From NCBI GenBank assembly GCA_963808545.1, contig CAWEGB010000008.1, forward strand, positions 539,388 to 579,387: 40,000 nt of DNA. The letters run 5' to 3'. The number at the start of each line of letters is the position of its first letter. Position 1 is the stretch's first letter. Below the pieces are notes generated by a model. That model did not search any database, was not told the origin of the DNA, and was given only the letters and a program-made list of their open reading frames with translations. A program made the translations under genes and the position numbers. The stretch comes from an uncultured Thermoleophilaceae bacterium (GTDB lineage: Bacteria; Actinomycetota; Thermoleophilia; Solirubrobacterales; Thermoleophilaceae). Positions 1-8,001 of this stretch are shown piece by piece.

Positions 1-1
1 G

Positions 2-667
2 CACTCCGGACAGCTGCGTGAGGCGCTGAGCCAGGTGCGGTCGAACCCCGCCCTGCGCGTACCTCTGACCGCCATGGCCGTCGTCGGCACGTTGGCATTC
101 AACTTCCAGGTCGTGCTTCCGCTGATGGCTCGCTATGCCTTCGACGGAGGGGCCGGGACCTACGGCGCGCTCGCCGGAGCGATGGGCGCTGGTGCGATCC
201 TCGGCGCGGTGACCACGGCCGGACGCGGCAACCCGTCGCTGACCGGGCTCGGCGCGACCGCGCTGGCCTTCGGCGCCCTCCTGGCCGCCATAGCCGCGGC
301 GCCCACGCTGGGCCTTGCGCTCGCGGCACTGGTGCTGATGGGAGCCGCTGCCATCTCCTTCACCGCTACGACGAACTCACTGCTCCAGCTCGCTGCGCCG
401 ACCGCGATGCGCGGCCGGGTGATGGCGCTCTGGAGCGTCGTATATCTCGGCTCCACGTGTGTGGGCGGCCCGATCATCGGCTGGGTGTCCGAGCTCGCCG
501 GCCCCCGCGCCGGGCTTGCGCTTGGAGCGGTCGCCACGTTCGCGACCGGTGCCGGCCTGCTCATGGGTGCCGTCCGCCGGCAGCGTGCGGGCGAAGTACC
601 GGCCGCGCATGCCTCCTACGGCGCCTCCGGCGCTCAGACGCGCGCCGGGCGCTTCATCGTGCGATAG
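2..667 (+). CDS. MFS transporter, C-terminal part (5' end outside window)
   Basis: Frame 2 is open from nt 2 with no stop, so the gene starts upstream. The translation is about six Ala/Gly/Leu-rich hydrophobic helices, typical of the second half of a 12-TM MFS (EntS/DUF894-like) protein. Stop at 665-667. Confidence 0.7.
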   Translation, partial: HSGQLREALSQVRSNPALRVPLTAMAVVGTLAFNFQVVLPLMARYAFDGGAGTYGALAGAMGAGAILGAVTTAGRGNPSLTGLGATALAFGALLAAIAAAPTLGLALAALVLMGAAAISFTATTNSLLQLAAPTAMRGRVMALWSVVYLGSTCVGGPIIGWVSELAGPRAGLALGAVATFATGAGLLMGAVRRQRAGEVPAAHASYGASGAQTRAGRFIVR

Positions 668-1731
668 ACGAACTCGTCCGTCGGCCCCGACTCGCGTGCC
701 GAGACGACGCGGTCGTGATGCGGCGAGAACCGGCAGACCGGATCCGTGGCCGCCGCGTCGCCGGTGAGCCGCAGCGCCTGGCAGCGGCAACCGCCGAAGT
801 CCACCTCCTGGCGTCCGAGCGGGCACGTGCGGCATGGCTCCTGCATCCAGTCCGTCCCCCGGAAGCGGGCGAACGCGTCGGACTCGCTCCAGATCCACTC
901 AAGCGGATGCTCGCAAACGTTGGCGAACTCGAGCCCCGGGATCGTCGACGCCGCCTGGCAGGGCAACACATCGCCGTTCGGAGCGACCACAATCGCCGTC
1001 CGGCCCCAGCCACCCATGCATGGCTTCGGCAGGTCCTCATAGAAGTCCGGGAGCACCCAGAGGACGTCGACCTTGGGGCCGACCCGCTCGCGGAAGCGCC
1101 GGACCGCTTCCTCTGCGCGCCGCAGCTGCTCCCAAGATGGCATGAGCGCCTCCTGGTTTGGGACCGCCCAGCCGTAGTACTGCGTATTCGCGAGCTCGAG
1201 CCGCTGCGCCCCGAGATCGATTGCGAGATCGAGCAGCTCCTCGATCCGATCGAGGTTCTGCCTATGCAGCACGCAGTTAATCGTCAGCGGGAAGTCCAGC
1301 TCCTTGACGACGTGCGCGGCCGCGATTTTCTTCTCGAACGACCTGTTGCCGGCGATGCGGTCGTTCTCCGCCGCGTCCGGGCTCTGAATGGAGATCTGCA
1401 CGTGGTCTAGCCCGGCCGACTTCAGCGCCTCGGCGCGCTCGCGGGTGAAGTGGATCCCGGCGGTGATCAGCGACGAGTAGAGGCCGGCGTCGCGCGAACC
1501 CGAGCAGAGCTCGACCAGATCGCGGCGCAGCATCGGCTCACCGCCCGTGAGCGCGAGCTGAAGGACGCCGAGCGCGCGCGCCTGCCGGAAGGTGCGGGTC
1601 CAGTGCTCGGTCTCGAGTTCGCGGCGGTACTTCGCGGCGCCGATGTCGAGCGGGTTCGAGCAGTATGGGCAGTGAAGCGGGCACTGGTAGGACAGCTCGG
1701 CGATCAGCGTTGACGGCCTAAGCAGCTGCAT
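634..1731 (-). CDS. pqqE: PqqE, radical-SAM/SPASM peptide cyclase for PQQ biosynthesis
   Basis: 365-aa ORF starting at ATG 1731. N-terminal radical-SAM CxxxCxxC (CPLHCPYC), GGEP motif and C-terminal SPASM Cys cluster (CRTCP..GGCRCQA). Last gene of a pqqABCDE-ordered block, overlapping the pqqD end by 14 nt. Confidence 0.95.
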   Translation of the reverse strand: MQLLRPSTLIAELSYQCPLHCPYCSNPLDIGAAKYRRELETEHWTRTFRQARALGVLQLALTGGEPMLRRDLVELCSGSRDAGLYSSLITAGIHFTRERAEALKSAGLDHVQISIQSPDAAENDRIAGNRSFEKKIAAAHVVKELDFPLTINCVLHRQNLDRIEELLDLAIDLGAQRLELANTQYYGWAVPNQEALMPSWEQLRRAEEAVRRFRERVGPKVDVLWVLPDFYEDLPKPCMGGWGRTAIVVAPNGDVLPCQAASTIPGLEFANVCEHPLEWIWSESDAFARFRGTDWMQEPCRTCPLGRQEVDFGGCRCQALRLTGDAAATDPVCRFSPHHDRVVSARESGPTDEFVYRTMKRPARV

Positions 1732-1981
1732 CGACCACCAGGCCTCTCTGAGTCAGGCCGTCGACCAGCCCTTGAACGTCATCTCGTAGATCGGAGTCCT
1801 CGTAGCGCGCCGAGAGGGTGCCGACGATTTCGTCGACCGAGCGCTCCCCGTCGCACAGCTCAAGCACCGCCGCCGCTGTGGGGTTGAGCCGCACGGCCCC
1901 CTCGGGGACCAGCAGCACGTGCTCCTCGCGCACCTCGTCATATTGAAGCCGCGCGCCGGTGACGAGCCGGGGGCGGGTCAC
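1718..1981 (-). CDS. pqqD: PqqD, PQQ precursor-peptide chaperone
   Basis: This is the C-terminal 87 codons of the 341-aa track ORF. GTG at 1981 forms a GTGA overlap with the pqqC stop. The sequence (..[29 protein letters not shown]..) is PqqD-like. The upstream part of the track ORF is an alternate frame of pqqC. Confidence 0.85.
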   Translation of the reverse strand: MTRPRLVTGARLQYDEVREEHVLLVPEGAVRLNPTAAAVLELCDGERSVDEIVGTLSARYEDSDLRDDVQGLVDGLTQRGLVVDAAA

Positions 1982-2715
1982 GCGTCCGGCCCCGACGGCT
2001 GCGTCTCGCCGCGCTCGATGGCCTCGAGCTGTGCCCACAGCATCTCGGTCTTGAAGCGGAGCGCGGCGACGGCAGTCTCCTGCTGCTCGCGGGTTCGGCA
2101 GCGCTCGACGGTCAGGTCGAGGGCGTACTGCGCATCGCGTGGCGCCTGCACGAGCCGTGTGCGGAAGTACTCGAGCCCGGCGGGGTCGATCCAGTCGTAG
2201 TGCCTCTCGAGTGCGTCGAGCCGCACCCGGATCGCGGCCGGCCCGAAGAGCTCGGTGAGCGATGACGCGACCGCCTCGATCCACGGCTTCTGGCGCGCAA
2301 AGTTCACGTAGGCGTCGACCGCGTAGCGCACGGCGGGCAGCACGCGTCGCTCCGACAGCAGCTCCTCCCGCGAGACCCCGAGCGCCTCGCCGAGGCGTAG
2401 CCACGACTCGATACCCCCCTTTTCGTCGCTCCCGCCGTCGTGGTCGATGATGCGGCCCACCCACTCCCGCCTGACCTCGACGTCGGGGCAGTTTGACAGG
2501 ATCGCCGCATCCTTCAGCGGGATGCACTTCTGGTAGTAGAAGCGGTTCGCAACCCAGCGCTGGAGCTCCTCGCGCGTGAGCTCTCCCGCGTCCATTCGCC
2601 TGTGGAACGGGTGCAGGTTGTGGTAGCGCGTCCCCTGCGCGCGCAGCTGAGCGACGAACTCCGCGGGTGGCCAGGGCGCAGGCTCCGTCGTCGGTCTCGT
2701 CGCGGTCTCGCTCAT
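1978..2715 (-). CDS. pqqC: PqqC, pyrroloquinoline-quinone synthase
   Basis: 245-aa ORF with full-length resemblance to PqqC (..[44 protein letters not shown]..). ATGA overlap with the pqqB stop. Confidence 0.95.
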   Translation of the reverse strand: MSETATRPTTEPAPWPPAEFVAQLRAQGTRYHNLHPFHRRMDAGELTREELQRWVANRFYYQKCIPLKDAAILSNCPDVEVRREWVGRIIDHDGGSDEKGGIESWLRLGEALGVSREELLSERRVLPAVRYAVDAYVNFARQKPWIEAVASSLTELFGPAAIRVRLDALERHYDWIDPAGLEYFRTRLVQAPRDAQYALDLTVERCRTREQQETAVAALRFKTEMLWAQLEAIERGETQPSGPDA

Positions 2716-3608
2716 TGCTCGATCTCGAGGCCATCGTAGGCAACTTCCACGCCCGCGACTCGGACCGCCTCGCGCTCGGGGGAGTCCTCGAGCAGTATCG
2801 GGTTCGTATTGTTGATGTGGACGAGCACCGTGCGCGGTCGCTCGAGCCGCGCCAGCCCCTCGAGCGTCCCGCCCGGGCCCGAGAGCGGTAGGTGTCCCAT
2901 GTCGCGGGCGCTACGCGCCGAGATGCCGAGCCGGGCGAGCTCGTCGTCGCGCCAGAAGGTTCCGTCGACGAGCACGGCGTCGCTCGCGGCGAACCGGGTG
3001 AGCATGTCGGCGTCCAGGCGGGCGAGACCGGGAGCGTAGGTCACCACGCCGCCACTCGCTGCGTCGCGGAAGACGAACCCACTGGCCTGAAGCTCGACAT
3101 CCGACCCGTCCAGGTAGCGCGGCGCGTCGCCGCCAGTCTCGAACGGCTCGACCGTGAGGCTCGATCCTCCGAGCGGTCTAACCTGCCCCGGCTCCAGCGT
3201 CCGCCACTCGGCCCCGGAGTAGCGCTTCAGGATCGACAACACGGGATAGCCGCTCCGCAGCGCGCGCTCGACGCCCTCGGCTCCGTAGACGCACACGGGC
3301 GCCGCCGACTCACGCAGAAGCAGCAGCCCGGCGGTGTGGTCGATCTCGGCGTCGGTCAGGAGGACGCCCGCGATCGGGGGCGAGCGCACCCCCTCTGCCT
3401 GACCGGGCGCGAGCGCTTCGAGTTGCTGGCGCGCATCCGGCGAGGCGTTGACCAGAAACCACGGCCCCTCCTCACCGCGAATCGCGAGCGACGACTGCGT
3501 CCGAGGTCGCGCCCGTACACCCTCGCGCCCGGCCTCGCAGGTGCCGCAGCGACAGTTCCACTGCGGAAAGCCTCCGCCGGCGGCCGAGCCGAGAATGCGG
3601 ACGCGCAC
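2712..3608 (-). CDS. pqqB: PqqB, metallo-beta-lactamase-fold PQQ biosynthesis protein
   Basis: 298-aa ORF with a GTG start. The N-terminus [24 protein letters not shown] is characteristic of PqqB. Lies between pqqA and pqqC. Confidence 0.9.
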   Translation of the reverse strand: MRVRILGSAAGGGFPQWNCRCGTCEAGREGVRARPRTQSSLAIRGEEGPWFLVNASPDARQQLEALAPGQAEGVRSPPIAGVLLTDAEIDHTAGLLLLRESAAPVCVYGAEGVERALRSGYPVLSILKRYSGAEWRTLEPGQVRPLGGSSLTVEPFETGGDAPRYLDGSDVELQASGFVFRDAASGGVVTYAPGLARLDADMLTRFAASDAVLVDGTFWRDDELARLGISARSARDMGHLPLSGPGGTLEGLARLERPRTVLVHINNTNPILLEDSPEREAVRVAGVEVAYDGLEIEQ

Positions 3609-3629
3609 GTGGCGGAAGAACAGGTAGCC

Positions 3630-3646
3630 CCGGCGGGGGGGCGCCG
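3630..3646 (-). promoter_or_regulatory. GC-rich stem-loop between pqqA and pqqB (possible attenuator or transcript-stabilising hairpin)
   Basis: Perfect inverted repeat CCGGCG / CGCCGG with a 5-nt loop, 23 nt after the pqqA stop. No clear U-tract follows. Hairpins at this position are known in other pqq operons. Confidence 0.4.
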
Positions 3647-3668
3647 GAGGCTACGTCGGACTGCCGCT

Positions 3669-3809
3669 CTACCGGTGGTACATGTAGAGGGTGACCTCGC
3701 AACAGAGGTCGACGTACTCGAACTCGGGCTTGACCCACGTGGGACGGGTCTCCGAGGTGACCTCGGAAGAGAGGCCGACGAGCTCAAGCTCGGGCGTGAT
3801 CAACGTCAT
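3669..3809 (-). CDS. pqqA: PqqA, PQQ precursor peptide (46 codons; below the ORF-track size cutoff)
   Basis: Manual translation of the minus strand gives MTLITPELELVGLSSEVTSETRPTWVKPEFEYVDLCCEVTLYMYHR*. ATG at 3809 is preceded by GGAGGAG. The C-terminal E-V-T-L-Y is the conserved Glu-x3-Tyr PQQ core. Lies immediately upstream of pqqB. Confidence 0.8.
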   Translation of the reverse strand: MTLITPELELVGLSSEVTSETRPTWVKPEFEYVDLCCEVTLYMYHR

Positions 3810-3844
3810 GGAACTCCTCCTTTAGCGAATGATTCTCTTATCGA

Positions 3845-4357
3845 TCAACCAAGCAGTAGGAACACACCAGACGCCACGAGCAGAGCGACTCCGGCGAACC
3901 GGACCGCGACTGCTCGACTCTGCAGCGCCGGAACCACGCGCGGGAGCACCCCGGCCACGTACAGGCCGACAAGGGCAAGCAGCGCACTGGACAGCGCCTG
4001 CTCCGCGGCGTGCCCGACGAGCGAGCCCGAGTAGTCGCTCGCCACGCCATAGGCGAGGTTGTCCATCGTCAGGGCAAATGGCAACACCCAGACAGCCCAT
4101 GACGCCGTGACCAGTCGCGACCCGGCGGCGACGACGATCAGATAGTACGCCAGCACGGCCAGTGTCCCAACCGCCAGGAACCCGGTCACACTCTCCGAGA
4201 TCGTCCAACCGAGGCCCGCCCCGATCAGGAATGCGGCGCCGTCGGCGGCGGCGAAGAGCGCGGCGAGCGGCAGGCGCCACCGTCGCTCGACAAGCGCACC
4301 GATCGCGAGGCACGCGATAAAGCTGTCAATACCAAGAAGTAAGAAACCCATGCTCAA
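3845..4357 (-). CDS. Integral membrane protein, MntP/YtaF-like (DUF204 repeats)
   Basis: 170-aa ORF with about 5-6 predicted TM helices. Two copies of the DUF204-type motif (LLLGIDSFIACLAIG and FALTMDNLAYGVAS), as in the Mn efflux pump MntP. Lies between the dehydrogenase and pqqA. Confidence 0.55.
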   Translation of the reverse strand: MSMGFLLLGIDSFIACLAIGALVERRWRLPLAALFAAADGAAFLIGAGLGWTISESVTGFLAVGTLAVLAYYLIVVAAGSRLVTASWAVWVLPFALTMDNLAYGVASDYSGSLVGHAAEQALSSALLALVGLYVAGVLPRVVPALQSRAVAVRFAGVALLVASGVFLLLG

Positions 4358-4387
4358 CTCCAGACCCTGATTAGTGGCTTGTCGTTG

Positions 4388-6079
4388 TTACTCCTCCGGC
4401 AGCGCGAATACGAACAGGGAGCTTCCCTGACCCGCCCCGAGCATCCCGGGCAAAAACCCTTCCGTCCATGCGCCCCAACCGGTCGGCACGGCGATGTACT
4501 GCCTTCCGTCGATGCTGTAGGACGAGGGGCTGCTGTGGTGGCCGCTGCCACACTGGAAGTGCCACAGCAGCTCCCCGCTCTCGGCGTCGAGCGCGTTGAA
4601 CTCCCCGGTGGGCTCGCCGGCGAACACGAGGTTGCCGCCCGTGGTCAGCACCGATGAGCACATCGGTATGTCATTCGCCCAGCGCCAACGCTCCTCACCC
4701 GTGCGCGGATCGAAGGCGCTCACAGACCCCGCCATGTCCTCGAGGTCCACGGCGACTCCCGCTCCCCAGTACGGGATGCTCTCCTTGAACTCCCTGCGCC
4801 GCCGCGTGGCCGTCGCACCGACGTCCTGCACCGGGGCGTACAACAGCTCGGTGTTCGGGTTGTAGCACGCGTGCGTCCATTCCTTGGCGCCGGCCGGCCC
4901 CGGCCAGAAGTGGACCGGGTCGCCCTCCTTGTCGGGGTAGACCTTAGGCGTCACGTTGCCCTTCTCGTCGACCTCGCCCCAGTCGATGCGGTCGACGAAC
5001 GGCGCCACCCGGACCGGCTCCATGTTCGTGCGATCGAGGATGTAGAGGAACCCGTTCTTGTCGAAGTGCGCCGCCAGCTTCTGCCCGTCGAGGTCGAACA
5101 GGATGTGCTCCATCGTGGAGTCGTAGTCCCACAGGTCGTGCGGGGTGTACTGGAAGTGCGACCGGATCTCGCCGCTGTCAGCGTCCACGGCGACGCCGGA
5201 ATCGGTGTAGAGGTTGTCGCCCTCGCGGACGCCTCCGTCGAAGTCGGGACACGGGTTGCCGGTCCCGAAGTACAGAAGGTTCAGCTCCGGGTCGAAGGTG
5301 CTCGTGACCCAGCAGTTGCCGCCACCCCGCTGCCAGGCCTCGCCTTCGGGCCAGGTCTCGGAGCCCGGCTCTCCGGGCTTCGGCACCATGTAGCACCGCC
5401 ACACGCGCTCGCCGGTCTCGCGCTTGAACGCGTCGGCGTGGCCGCGCACCCCGAATTCCCCGCCGGAGCTCCCGACGATGACCATGTCCTTTACGACCAG
5501 GGGGGCGACCGTGGCGCTCTCGCCGGCCCGCACATCGCCGTACGTCTGGTCCCAGACCTTCTTACCGGTCTCGGCGTCAAGCGCGACGAGGTGGGCGTTC
5601 AGGGTGACGACGAAGACCTTTCCCTCGGCCACGGCGACCCCGCGATTCACGTTGCCGCAGCAGAGCGACACGTCGTACGGGATCGCATGCCTGTACTGCC
5701 ACAGTTGCTCTCCGGTCCGGGCGTCAAGGGCCCAGACCCAGCCATCCCAGCCTGAGACGAACATGGTTCCGTCCACGACGATCGGAGAGGCCTCGAACGA
5801 GTATGTCGATTTGCCCGAGTGCAGGCCCACTGAGCCGCACTGGAAGACCCATGCCGGGGCAAGCCGCTTGACGTTCTCCTTGTTGATCTGGTCTAGCGGG
5901 CTGTAGCGCTGCCCGTCGTAGGCGCCGTAGTAGGTGAGCCAGTTCTGCGGTTCCGAGCGGGCGTCGAGAATGCGCTCGTAGGTGACGTCCTTGGCCACCG
6001 GCGGCGCAATGCCTTTGATGGGGCTCAGAGTTGTGTTGTCGACGGCCTGCCCTGCGTCTACGTACTCCTCGGTTGCCAT
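4388..6079 (-). CDS. xoxF: PQQ-dependent dehydrogenase, methanol/ethanol family, XoxF-like (lanthanide-type signature), no signal peptide
   Basis: 563-aa ORF. ATG 6079 has AGGAG 6 nt upstream; the track start at 6082 is TTG, and an in-frame TAG lies 3 codons further up. Motifs present: vicinal Cys-Cys (SLCCGNVNRG), GGEFGVRG, WQRGGGNCW, GTGNP and HDLWDYDS (D-x-D). Family assignment is high confidence. The xoxF label and the substrate are inferred. Confidence 0.85.
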   Translation of the reverse strand: MATEEYVDAGQAVDNTTLSPIKGIAPPVAKDVTYERILDARSEPQNWLTYYGAYDGQRYSPLDQINKENVKRLAPAWVFQCGSVGLHSGKSTYSFEASPIVVDGTMFVSGWDGWVWALDARTGEQLWQYRHAIPYDVSLCCGNVNRGVAVAEGKVFVVTLNAHLVALDAETGKKVWDQTYGDVRAGESATVAPLVVKDMVIVGSSGGEFGVRGHADAFKRETGERVWRCYMVPKPGEPGSETWPEGEAWQRGGGNCWVTSTFDPELNLLYFGTGNPCPDFDGGVREGDNLYTDSGVAVDADSGEIRSHFQYTPHDLWDYDSTMEHILFDLDGQKLAAHFDKNGFLYILDRTNMEPVRVAPFVDRIDWGEVDEKGNVTPKVYPDKEGDPVHFWPGPAGAKEWTHACYNPNTELLYAPVQDVGATATRRRREFKESIPYWGAGVAVDLEDMAGSVSAFDPRTGEERWRWANDIPMCSSVLTTGGNLVFAGEPTGEFNALDAESGELLWHFQCGSGHHSSPSSYSIDGRQYIAVPTGWGAWTEGFLPGMLGAGQGSSLFVFALPEE

Positions 6080-6122
6080 CAAGTACTCCTATCCACGGTG
6101 GTGGTTGTGCCGAGCGGTCGAT

Positions 6123-6560
6123 CTACGGTTGCGGCTGCGGCGGGCGGTCCAGACGTGCCTCCGGCGGAGCGTCCCCTTGCACGACGATCGCCGCGGTCAA
6201 GCCGCGGCCCTCGTCGTTGCCGGTACGGGAGCCGTACCAGTAGTACCCCGGGCCGTCGAGGGTGAGGTTGGCCGTCCCGCGCGAATGGTTCACCAACCAG
6301 ATGAACTTGTAGTCACCGTTGCACGGCAGGACTGCGCAATGGGTGTTCTTGTCGTCGTTGAAGAACTCGATCTCGACCTCGCCTGCATGGGGCAGGACAA
6401 GGATCCCGGGCTCGAACACCAGCTCGTCCTCCAAGATCCGGACCGTGGCGCGCATCTTGCCGTCGGGTCCCTCCTCGGCCTCCCCGATGCTTCCCCGCCC
6501 GAGCATTCGACCCAACATCGCGCCATTTTGCTTATCCAACAACTCCGCAATCTTGGCCAC
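6123..6560 (-). CDS. Small cupredoxin-like protein lacking the canonical type-1 Cu ligand set
   Basis: 145-aa ORF. GTG start with GAGGA 5 nt upstream. Protein-like composition, unlike the Arg/Pro-rich shadow ORFs. GEVEIEFFNDDKNTHCAVLP and GYYWYGSRTGNDEGRGLTAAIVV resemble the first-His strand and the C-terminal strand of cupredoxin_1-type domains, but the C..H..M ligands are replaced. No signal peptide. Confidence 0.55.
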   Translation of the reverse strand: MAKIAELLDKQNGAMLGRMLGRGSIGEAEEGPDGKMRATVRILEDELVFEPGILVLPHAGEVEIEFFNDDKNTHCAVLPCNGDYKFIWLVNHSRGTANLTLDGPGYYWYGSRTGNDEGRGLTAAIVVQGDAPPEARLDRPPQPQP

Positions 6561-6596
6561 GGCGATCCTCGCTTTGGGTCGGATTTGGGCACGAGC

Positions 6597-7976
6597 CTAA
6601 CACTTTCTCTTGGGCCGCGCGGTCAGCCGCACGCGCTCCCGGCGCGGCTCCTCGAACGTCATGTAACCCCAGTCGAGGGGCGACTCCTGGCGGTAGTTTT
6701 TTCGCAGGGCGCGCGCGATCGTGGCCTTCATCAGCTCCTTCCCGAGGTAGAAGGCGTGCGTGGCCTCGTCGACCCCGAGCTGGTCGAAGATCTCGTTGAA
6801 GTCGGTGCCCTTGACGAACCGGTCGGCGTTGAAGACGTAGATCCAGTCGCTGTCGGCGAAGATGCGGAAATTCGGGTCGGTGACGTGCTCGTGCAGCTCG
6901 CGCAGCTCGGACTCCGCGTAGGGGCGGAGGTCCTCATCCTTCACCGTCAATAGCCGCCCGTCGACGTGCTTGGGGGGCGTGCCGTGCTCCTGCGCGAAGT
7001 GCATGAGCTGCGCCGCCAGCACCGCCTCTCGGACAGCGCCGCGCGCCCACTCGATGACCTCGGTGGTGAGCACGTTGCGGATGCCAAGCTCCTGGCAGAA
7101 GCCGATGAGCAGCGCGGTAACCCCGGTGCTGTCGGCCTCGGTCAGCTCGGTGAGGTTGCCGATCCCCATCAGCATCTCCGCCGCGGGATGACGCCGGCGC
7201 ACCTCCAGGTAGCGCCCGAGGCTGGCCGCGAACCCGATGCCTATCGGCTCGATGATCGGATCGACGAGGTATGGCTTGCCGAGCCGCTCGAGGTGGTCGA
7301 TCGTCGCCTCGAGGCTGCCGAGGTCCTCCGGCGTGTCCGGGATGAGCACGGGCGTCGCGCGCAGGCGCTCGGCAAGGTCGCGGTTGGACCCGTTGAGGCT
7401 GAGGACATAGTCAACGCCCGCCTCGTCGGCCATCAGGATCTCCTCGCGGTCCATCGTGTCGATGCTCAGGGCGAAGCCGCGTTCGCGCAGCTCGGCGATC
7501 ACCGCGGGGCCTTCGTCGAGCCAGCGGCGCTCGAGCGAAAGGCCGAGATCGATCACGTCGGCGCCGGCGTCGCGGTAGTAGCCCGCGAGCTCGAGGATGT
7601 GCTCGCGACTCAGCCTCGGGACGTGGTTGATCTCCGCGAACACGCGGATATCGCGCGGACCGTAGCTGGCGCGGGCGTCGGCCTGACCGAACCAACTCGG
7701 CAGTTGCTTGAGGTCGGCGGGGCCCTTCTCGACGGGGATTCCGAAGCGCTCGGCCAGCACGTCGGTCTCTCCCTCACAGAGGCCGGGGATCATGATCTTC
7801 GTGACCGCTTCGGGGAGTTCGAGGAAGCGCGCGATCCACGTCGTGGTCATCAGCGCGGCGACCGTGATCTTCATCACCGCGACCTCGTAGTCGAACGGCA
7901 GCTCGGTGCGGCCCAGCGTCTCACGCAGCGCCGGCGCGGCGAGCTTGCCGGTTACAAACAGGAGCCGCTCGGCCAC
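6597..7976 (-). CDS. Dihydropteroate-synthase-like protein of H4MPT biosynthesis (pterin-binding domain with N- and C-terminal extensions)
   Basis: 459-aa ORF with a GTG start. The central DAGADVIDLG.. pterin-binding (DHPS) motif region has flanking extra domains, as in the DHPS-like proteins found in methanopterin gene islands. Confidence 0.75.
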   Translation of the reverse strand: MAERLLFVTGKLAAPALRETLGRTELPFDYEVAVMKITVAALMTTTWIARFLELPEAVTKIMIPGLCEGETDVLAERFGIPVEKGPADLKQLPSWFGQADARASYGPRDIRVFAEINHVPRLSREHILELAGYYRDAGADVIDLGLSLERRWLDEGPAVIAELRERGFALSIDTMDREEILMADEAGVDYVLSLNGSNRDLAERLRATPVLIPDTPEDLGSLEATIDHLERLGKPYLVDPIIEPIGIGFAASLGRYLEVRRRHPAAEMLMGIGNLTELTEADSTGVTALLIGFCQELGIRNVLTTEVIEWARGAVREAVLAAQLMHFAQEHGTPPKHVDGRLLTVKDEDLRPYAESELRELHEHVTDPNFRIFADSDWIYVFNADRFVKGTDFNEIFDQLGVDEATHAFYLGKELMKATIARALRKNYRQESPLDWGYMTFEEPRRERVRLTARPKRKC

Positions 7977-8001
7977 GCGCGTGTCCGGGTGCGGCGCTGC
8001 T

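Noticed and set aside
2892-4034. 380-aa plus-strand ORF spanning pqqB, pqqA and the membrane-protein gene.
   Set aside because: It is antisense to three independently supported genes, with no family resemblance.
3845-6600. Search for xoxG/mxaG (cytochrome cL, CxxCH), xoxJ/mxaJ or mxaI next to the dehydrogenase.
   Set aside because: No ORF on either strand near the dehydrogenase shows a CxxCH haem motif with a signal peptide, a periplasmic-binding-protein-like XoxJ or a small Lys-rich MxaI. Their absence is reported as an observation rather than a feature.
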